From positions 180,001-212,000 of the forward strand of contig CP064995.1 in the NCBI GenBank assembly GCA_016700015.1: a stretch of DNA of 32,000 nucleotides, given 5' to 3'. Origin of the DNA: Candidatus Saccharimonadota bacterium. GTDB lineage: Bacteria > Patescibacteriota > Saccharimonadia > Saccharimonadales > Saccharimonadaceae. The position numbers and the translations under genes are program-made. Of this stretch, positions 26,644 to 32,000 are shown piece after piece (position 1 is the first letter of the stretch; each line of letters begins with the position of its first letter). The notes below the pieces were generated by a model, which worked only from the letters and a program-made list of their open reading frames with translations, had not been told where the DNA came from and searched no databases.

Positions 26644-27153
26644 TCATGCTACTTTTAGCGCAATAATTAAAAGCGCAATCAGAGCTTGCGCGGCCAGTGA
26701 CATGAGTATTGAAGTCACGCTATTTTTTGGAGTCACTGCAGCGCGTACCATGATTACGCTGAGGTTAAATATGCTGAGAACGATATCGACAATGAGCGCC
26801 GTACGAAGTGAAACAATCTGTAAGATAGATGCTGTAAGAAAGATAAGCGAAGGAACTGCCGCAACAAGTATACCGTTGTGTTTGACAACATGACGCATTA
26901 GCTCGCGCTTTGGTAGTGGCGCATCATGGACAACACGGTATGCTACTAATTCGGAGAAGACGCCAGCTACCCACAGGCTTAGCGCTGCGGTTGTAATCGC
27001 CGCTAGTGCGTAGGGTGCTGTGACGGTACTGCTATTGATGAGCAAGCCGATGCTTATGCCAAGGAGTGTGATTACTCCATATATCCGCTCTCTAAGACGG
27101 GCGATGTGTTCATATATTTGTGATTTAGCCGGAGTGTTTTTTTCTGTAGACAT
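26644..27153 (-). CDS. Membrane protein of unknown function (4-5 TM helices)
   Basis: 169-aa ORF with clear hydrophobic helices. No SD and no family recognised. Confidence 0.6.
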   Translation of the reverse strand: MSTEKNTPAKSQIYEHIARLRERIYGVITLLGISIGLLINSSTVTAPYALAAITTAALSLWVAGVFSELVAYRVVHDAPLPKRELMRHVVKHNGILVAAVPSLIFLTASILQIVSLRTALIVDIVLSIFNLSVIMVRAAVTPKNSVTSILMSLAAQALIALLIIALKVA

Positions 27154-27247
27154 GTCTATACAATTTTAGCAGATGGTCGAGCTTTCAGCTCTGATTCTTT
27201 CCTAAACAGAATAATCACTTGAGAACGTTTGGCTCTGGAAAGCGAAG

Positions 27248-27272
27248 GCCGCCCGTTTGGGCGACGATTTTT
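27248..27272 (+). terminator. Orphan hairpin plus T-tract (GCCGCCC-GTT-TGGGCGAC-GATTTTT)
   Basis: The stem and loop architecture is nearly identical to the hairpin at 25391-25408. T5 follows on the plus strand, yet no plus-strand gene lies upstream. Confidence 0.35.
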
Positions 27273-27394
27273 CGGAAAGTCTATTTCTGATGCCACATTA
27301 CCGACGTATTTCAATCTACCGAAACAGATAAAGTTGACGTCTATAAACTTCAAGGTCTTGCTGAATCTTTCAGTCTTCGCAGACAACCTACTAG

Positions 27395-27912
27395 CTAGTT
27401 AATCCCCTCAACGGTATAATTTACGCGAATTACACCTTTCTTTTCTTTGAGCTTTGGTACATACACATGACCAATTTTGCTAAGATTCTTGACGTGAGTT
27501 CCACCACAAGGTATGCCAAAATTTTCACTGTACATTACAACTCTGGCTGGTTTGTTTGTCGCGGTATATTGCTCGGTACGTGACGAACCACCGTGTGCAT
27601 ATCAGCAACAGGCACAAAGACCAATCTAACATCTGTCGCTCGTGGTCGACAGTACAATGAACCGTATCGCTGATAGCTAGTGAACCTTGTTCGTAAGCGC
27701 CGATATGATGAACAATCCCTTCTTCATCGAGCCCGCACTTCCTGAACGAGAAGTACTGCTTCATCTGTTGTGGCTGTACCCGTGTCCCAATCTTGACCGC
27801 CACCACGATGATAAAAGCATGTCTTGTCGAGCTCGATATCGACTCGGCCGCCTTCGATAGAGCTAATTTTTGTCACGTTAGCATTGCACGTTTCTATGTC
27901 AAAATCATTCAT
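27395..27912 (-). pseudogene. Frameshifted AlaX-like (alanyl-tRNA-synthetase editing/second additional domain) pseudogene
   Basis: Three consecutive minus-strand frames carry the family landmarks. These are ...LDKTCFYHRGGGQDWDTGT (FYPxGGGQPxDxG-like), GIVHHIG...VHCTVDHER, and ...FGIPCGGTHVKNLSKIGHV...RVNYTVEGIN ending at TAG 27395-27397 (the CGGTHV zinc motif). At least two frameshifts and one in-frame stop separate them. Confidence 0.6.
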
Positions 27913-28129
27913 CTAGATTAGGCCTGTGATACAACAATAATAACAAAATACCTTCTAGCGATTTAAAAGTAGTTTTGGTGGAGCTTTATAACCAAGTTCG
28001 AACTGAGATTGAGCAGAGCGACTAAGCTTCATCTCGACACCTGTGCCACGCGATGTATTCCGACAAACTAAAAACTCTTGGATTATTTTCTGAGATTTCA
28101 CCCGCCGTGTTTTTTGGAAGTTGAAGAAG

Positions 28130-28458
28130 GTGTTTTAGTTTTGCGGTTCTCCCGCTGATAAATCAGCGGAGGCACCGGGCGGGTCGTCTATACGTGTTTC
28201 TTCCCGAGATGAAGTACTTTTTTGAGGTACTGCTTACGTGTCACCTTATTCGCCGTCCGAACCGCACCAAATATAATACATGTGTCGTTTTTATCCCACA
28301 GTTAAAACGAAGCACCCGAGTCTTGAGTTACTCCACCAGTTTGGGTAGACGAACACTATATGCTCTGCCCAGGTGATTTCATCACGCACGGCCTGAATCT
28401 TTTTGCCAACAGGTTTGCGCTCATAGTACGCGTAGCGTAGATACTTTTCAAGAGCTAA
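28130..28458 (-). pseudogene. Truncated and frameshifted flavodoxin-like-fold NAD(P)H oxidoreductase remnant
   Basis: Minus frame 28458-28291 reads LEKYLRYAYYERKPVGKKIQAVRDEITWAEHIVFVYPNWWSNS..., matching the D..EQ..L..AD.IVFQFP.WW core of the Flavodoxin_2 (KefF/MdaB/YwrO) family. About 45 N-terminal residues are missing, since it abuts the MarR stop. A TAA at 28291 is followed by out-of-frame GKKHV*TTRPVP-like remnants. Confidence 0.45.
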
Positions 28459-28889
28459 CTAACCTTATTGTTTAGTGTGTTTACAAGTTTTTCGACGTCT
28501 TTGTCGAGCTGAGCGAGGCGTCCTTTTGGCAGCACAGAAAATAAGTGCTTTGACGACTCCTCAAGCTTGGCGTACAGGCTCTCTACGAGTGTGATGCCTT
28601 CGGGTGTAAGCCTAACGGTGTTTTTTCTGGTATCAAACGTTGATTTACTAACAGATATTAGCTTTGCATCAGATAGCTTCTGTATGGTGTAACTGACCGT
28701 TGCTTCAGCCACTCGAAGCCAGCCTGCGACAAACTTTTGGGTTGTGTTTGGATTCTGATAAACACACAGCAGCGTCAGAAACTGTGAAAAGTTGATAGAT
28801 GAGCTTTGTGTGATGACTCGGTCGGCGATAGCGTCGAGCGTATAGACGAGCGTATGCAAACGAAAACTGAGCGAAGAGTGTATGTCCAT
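28455..28889 (-). CDS. MarR-family transcriptional regulator
   Basis: Winged-helix core QFLTLLCVYQNPNTTQKFVAGWLRVAEATVSYTIQKLSDAKLISVSKSTFDTRKNTVRLTPEG. ATG 28889 is preferred to the TTG at 28895. Confidence 0.8.
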   Translation of the reverse strand: MDIHSSLSFRLHTLVYTLDAIADRVITQSSSINFSQFLTLLCVYQNPNTTQKFVAGWLRVAEATVSYTIQKLSDAKLISVSKSTFDTRKNTVRLTPEGITLVESLYAKLEESSKHLFSVLPKGRLAQLDKDVEKLVNTLNNKVS

Positions 28890-29049
28890 GCACAAAATAT
28901 ACTTAGAGTTCTAATAGAAGTCAATATAAAAATCAAACAACAATAGGTTCAGTATTTATTGGTATACATTTTTTTGCACAATAAGTCTCTTGAACTCACA
29001 CACGATATGTGCTATCGTTTTATTATAAGCGTTAGAGGGAACAAATATT

Positions 29050-32000
29050 TTGAAAGCTATAGGTAAGGAAAAGCTAGTTATCACACTTGCCGTGGCATTT
29101 GCATGCGGCATTGGGATTATTGCGCCGCACTTTATTGCAGCAGATGCTATAAATAATACTGATTTTGTGACAACCTGGAAAACAGACAATGCTGGGACAA
29201 CCAGTTCCACCTCTATTGGTATACCACTTGCGCCATCAACTGCCTACAATTTTCAGATTGACTGGAACAATGACGGCGTGTATGACCAAACGTATAGCGC
29301 AACTACCCCTGCAAGCCCAGCAACGTTTGTTACCCATGACTACGGTGTAGCAGGTACTTACAAAGTGCGAATAGGTGGTACATTCCCGCGCATTTATTTT
29401 GCAAATGCTGGTGATAAACTCAAACTTCTCAGCGTTGACCAGTGGGGCACCATCAGCTGGAGAAGTATGAATAGCGCGTTTTGGGGCTGCGCCAACCTGC
29501 GCATTCCAGCTGTAGATGCGCCAAATCTTTCGCTCGCGGTAGATTTTTCTCAGATATTTAATGGTGCGGCGTCACTCAATGACCCTATGAATCATTGGAA
29601 TGTATCAACTATAAATAACATGACAAGTGCATTTAGTGGTGCATCATCATTTAACCAGCCCCTCAGCAACTGGAATGTCGGAAACGTTGCGAATATGGCA
29701 CAGATGTTTTCAGCGGCAACGGCATTCAATCAAGACCTTACGAGTTGGAATACGGGTAATGCCACTACCATGCTTAATATGTTTGTTAATGCAACTAACT
29801 TCAACAACGGTCAAGCATCGGGTGCAAGCACAGCACCACTGACGTGGAACACCAGCAAAGTAACTAGTATGCAAGCCATGTTCCAAAACGCCAAGGCGTT
29901 TAACCAACCGATCGGCACCTGGGATGTATCGAAAGTAACAGTTATGTCGTCTATGTTCTTTGGGGCGTCGGTATTTAACCAACCGCTCGCAAGCTGGAAT
30001 GTCGGCGCCGCTACTACTATGATAAACATGTTCAGGAGCGCCACAGTCTTCAATCAGCCAATAGGTTCATGGAATACCGTAAATGTGACAAATATGAGCG
30101 GTATGTTTGCTGATGCAATTGCTTTCAACAACGGACAAGCATCGGGTGCAAGCACGGCGCCACTGCTGTGGGATACTGGCAAAGTTACTGATATGTCGTC
30201 GATGTTTTATAGCGCAACTACCAATGCATTTAATCAGCCTGTCGGTTCTTGGAATACATCTAACGTTACTATGATGCAGGGTATGTTCCAAAACGCACAG
30301 CTGTTTAATCAGCCTGTCGGTTCTTGGAATACCGGCAAAGTTACTAATATGTCGTACATGTTCTTCAATGCAAGGGCTTTTGATCAACCGATAGGCACTT
30401 GGAATACCGTTCAAGTAACAACTATGAGGTACATGTTTGCCAGCGCTGTGCTGTTTAACCAAGACATAGGTGCATGGAATACAGCAAATGTCACCGACAC
30501 TTCGTATATGTTTCTCAATGCCGTGAAGTTTAATCAGGCAATTGGTACGTGGAATACCGTAAAAGTAACTACTATGGCATCTATGTTTGATGGTGCAACC
30601 GTGTTTAACAACGGCCTAGCCGCTGGCATAAGTGGTCCAATGCCCTGGAATACCGGCCTGGTGACCAATATGTCCTATATGTTTAATAATGCCAAAGCCT
30701 TTAACCAAGACATAAGTACCTGGAACGTCAGCAACGTTACTACTATGCAGCGCATGCTTTCGTATCTGACGTACTTTAACCAACCTATTGGCGTTTGGAA
30801 TACGGCCAAACTACTCGATATCAACAATATGCTTCATACGAGCACTTCATTTAACCAGCCACTCGGAAATTGGAATGTGACAGGCGTAGCAAATGCTACA
30901 AACTTTTTGGCGAATGTGAAACTTTCCATAGTGAACTATGACAACCTCCTCATTAACTGGAATTCTCAAGCGGTCAAGACGAGCGTTATTTTTCACGGAG
31001 GTCTGAGCCAATACTGTGCCGGCGCAGCTGCACGTACAAACCTGATAACAGTCAAAACCTGGACATTTACCGCAGATGGCGGGCAAAATTGTGCACCAAC
31101 AGATATAGGGCTCACTAACGCAACTGTTGCTGAAAATACGACACTGGTTGGTACGCTCTCATCAGTTGACCCGGATGCGGGTAATACCTTTACCTATTCG
31201 CTTGTTGCAGGTACGGGCGATGAAGATAATGCCAAATTTAGTATCAATAACACCACGAAAACCTTGTCATTTGCTTCAGTGCCAAACTTTGAAAACCCGA
31301 CAGACCTTGGTGACATTGCAGGCAACAATACCTACTCCATCCGTATTCGTAGCACAGATAACCTAGGTGGTACCTACGACGAAGTGTTTGTTATCACTGT
31401 TACTAATATTGATGAAGCTGCGCCTGTCATCACGATCACCGCACCAACTAAGCTCGACAATGTCACGATCACCGATACGACTATACGAGTTGTTGATGAA
31501 ACAGCCGTGAATGCCGCAAGCGTCGTTATAGCCCCGACTGGCTCAACAGCTGGTACAAGTAGTTTTAGCTGTACGCAGACATCTGCTACCCAGGTAGATT
31601 GTACAGTTTCTGTTACCAGTTCAGGTGACCTCAACATACAAGCAACTGACGTAGCTGGCAATGTGGCGACCAAGAAAGAAACAAACTATGTTATCGATAC
31701 TACACCGCCTGCGTTTGCTAGTAGCTCAGTCGATGTCATAACACATGGTATTAATCAGCCGATCGTGAGCTTTAGTGCAACTGATAACATATCAGTTGAC
31801 CACTATGAAATCATCTATACTGCCGACAATGGCGGCGCAGGCGTCAGTGGTTCTACAACAACGATTAACCCGGCAACGAGCCCCGTGACACTCACGCTTG
31901 ACCCAGATGAAGCGGTACACACGGTCACTATTCGTGTCTATGACACAGCCGGCAACTACGCTGACCGCGTGATAAAATTCCCGCCAATCGTCAACTTTAC
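29050..32000 (+). CDS. Giant secreted surface protein (partial): signal peptide, about 17 DUF285/BspA-type 26-residue repeats, then cadherin-like and Ig-like domains
   Basis: Frame 1 is open from TAA 29026-29028 to the window end. TTG 29050 is preceded by GAGGGA with a 9-nt spacer. Signal peptide MKAIGKEKLVITLAVAFACGIGIIAPHFIAADA. Repeats follow W(N/D)(V/T)xxVTxMxxMFxxAxxFNQ(P/D)(I/L)G. Downstream features are VAENTTLVGTLSSVDPDAGNTFTYSL...FENP...YSIRIRSTD (cadherin-like) and ITAPT.../IDTTPPAF modules. It is absent from the ORF track only because it has no stop in the window. Confidence 0.85.
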   Translation, partial: MKAIGKEKLVITLAVAFACGIGIIAPHFIAADAINNTDFVTTWKTDNAGTTSSTSIGIPLAPSTAYNFQIDWNNDGVYDQTYSATTPASPATFVTHDYGVAGTYKVRIGGTFPRIYFANAGDKLKLLSVDQWGTISWRSMNSAFWGCANLRIPAVDAPNLSLAVDFSQIFNGAASLNDPMNHWNVSTINNMTSAFSGASSFNQPLSNWNVGNVANMAQMFSAATAFNQDLTSWNTGNATTMLNMFVNATNFNNGQASGASTAPLTWNTSKVTSMQAMFQNAKAFNQPIGTWDVSKVTVMSSMFFGASVFNQPLASWNVGAATTMINMFRSATVFNQPIGSWNTVNVTNMSGMFADAIAFNNGQASGASTAPLLWDTGKVTDMSSMFYSATTNAFNQPVGSWNTSNVTMMQGMFQNAQLFNQPVGSWNTGKVTNMSYMFFNARAFDQPIGTWNTVQVTTMRYMFASAVLFNQDIGAWNTANVTDTSYMFLNAVKFNQAIGTWNTVKVTTMASMFDGATVFNNGLAAGISGPMPWNTGLVTNMSYMFNNAKAFNQDISTWNVSNVTTMQRMLSYLTYFNQPIGVWNTAKLLDINNMLHTSTSFNQPLGNWNVTGVANATNFLANVKLSIVNYDNLLINWNSQAVKTSVIFHGGLSQYCAGAAARTNLITVKTWTFTADGGQNCAPTDIGLTNATVAENTTLVGTLSSVDPDAGNTFTYSLVAGTGDEDNAKFSINNTTKTLSFASVPNFENPTDLGDIAGNNTYSIRIRSTDNLGGTYDEVFVITVTNIDEAAPVITITAPTKLDNVTITDTTIRVVDETAVNAASVVIAPTGSTAGTSSFSCTQTSATQVDCTVSVTSSGDLNIQATDVAGNVATKKETNYVIDTTPPAFASSSVDVITHGINQPIVSFSATDNISVDHYEIIYTADNGGAGVSGSTTTINPATSPVTLTLDPDEAVHTVTIRVYDTAGNYADRVIKFPPIVNF
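29590..30915 (+). repeat. Tandem ~75-78-nt coding repeats (DUF285 units) with longer variants
   Basis: About 17 units. A 29-nt perfect direct repeat, tttaatcagcctgtcggttcttggaatac, occurs at 30229-30257 and 30304-30332. A ~72-nt, ~85% identical pair lies at about 29800 and 30124 (offset 324 nt), encoding the NNGQASGASTAPL insertion variant. Confidence 0.85.

Noticed and set aside
27156-27386. 76-aa minus-strand ORF (MSAKTERFSK...)
   Set aside because: It spans a terminator hairpin, is basic and low-complexity, and has no SD. The region is treated as non-coding.
27975-28050. tRNA-like 3' end on the minus strand (…AAGCTCCACCA, resembling the tRNA-Ala terminus) next to the AlaX-like pseudogene
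   Set aside because: Only a 55-nt acceptor-like pairing (GAAGCTT/AAGCTCC, one mismatch) can be drawn. The internal AGTTCGAACT is a simple palindrome rather than a T arm, and there are no D or anticodon arms. This is probably chance or an unrecognisable remnant.
28903-28914. Imperfect palindrome TTAGAGTTCTAA upstream of marR as a MarR operator
   Set aside because: It is a single short 5/6 palindrome in AT-rich DNA, with no second copy or supporting promoter geometry.
29590-30915. Regular ~78-nt periodicity that could suggest a CRISPR-like array
   Set aside because: The periodicity is in frame within one long ORF and encodes a protein repeat. There are no conserved direct repeats alternating with unique spacers and no cas genes.
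29710-31673. Minus- and plus-strand ORFs 29710-29982, 29811-30053, 30067-30462, 30847-31086, 31127-31366 and 31374-31673
   Set aside because: These are shadow ORFs of the repeat-rich surface-protein gene. Their own repetitiveness mirrors the sense-strand repeats.

Overview
This is a compact, gene-dense bacterial window using the standard genetic code (TGA, TAA and TAG all act as stops), with many 1-4 nt gene overlaps. The gene content (orphan type IV pilin, RRM-type RNA-binding protein, DUF285/BspA-type giant surface protein, pseudogenes) fits a reduced-genome Patescibacteria/CPR (Saccharibacteria-like) organism, but that placement is inference only. I call about 34 protein genes, 3 tRNAs, one tRNA-derived chimeric element and 2 pseudogenes.

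The dominant feature is a contiguous ~9 kb NAD salvage and recycling supercluster at 2814-11379. It contains a Nudix hydrolase, pncB, pncA, a nadR-like gene, a stand-alone RNK-like ATPase, pnuC, a histidine phosphatase, an ADP-ribosylglycohydrolase, an NrtR-like regulator and nadE, and it is flanked by NAD-dependent ligA.

By eye I found a 23-bp palindrome, GTTAGTGT-N7-ACACTAAC, in five good copies. All five sit on predicted sigma70-type promoters of this cluster, and two pairs share an identical 43-bp spacing. I propose it is the operator of the NrtR-like regulator. It would pull a histidine phosphatase/ADP-ribosylglycohydrolase operon and an uncharacterised polytopic membrane protein into the NAD regulon.

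Other points of interest:
- a LigA with no Cys4 zinc finger
- a NadR-fused kinase domain lacking the P-loop lysine, next to an intact stand-alone paralog
- a chimeric tRNA-Phe-derived element between tRNA-Phe and tRNA-Gly
- a complete promoter-SD-20-codon-terminator mini-gene
- a candidate sRNA upstream of tRNA-Ala
- a gene-decay zone with two pseudogenes
- a surface protein of more than 980 aa with about 17 DUF285 repeats

No CRISPR array, rRNA, transposase or integrase was seen.
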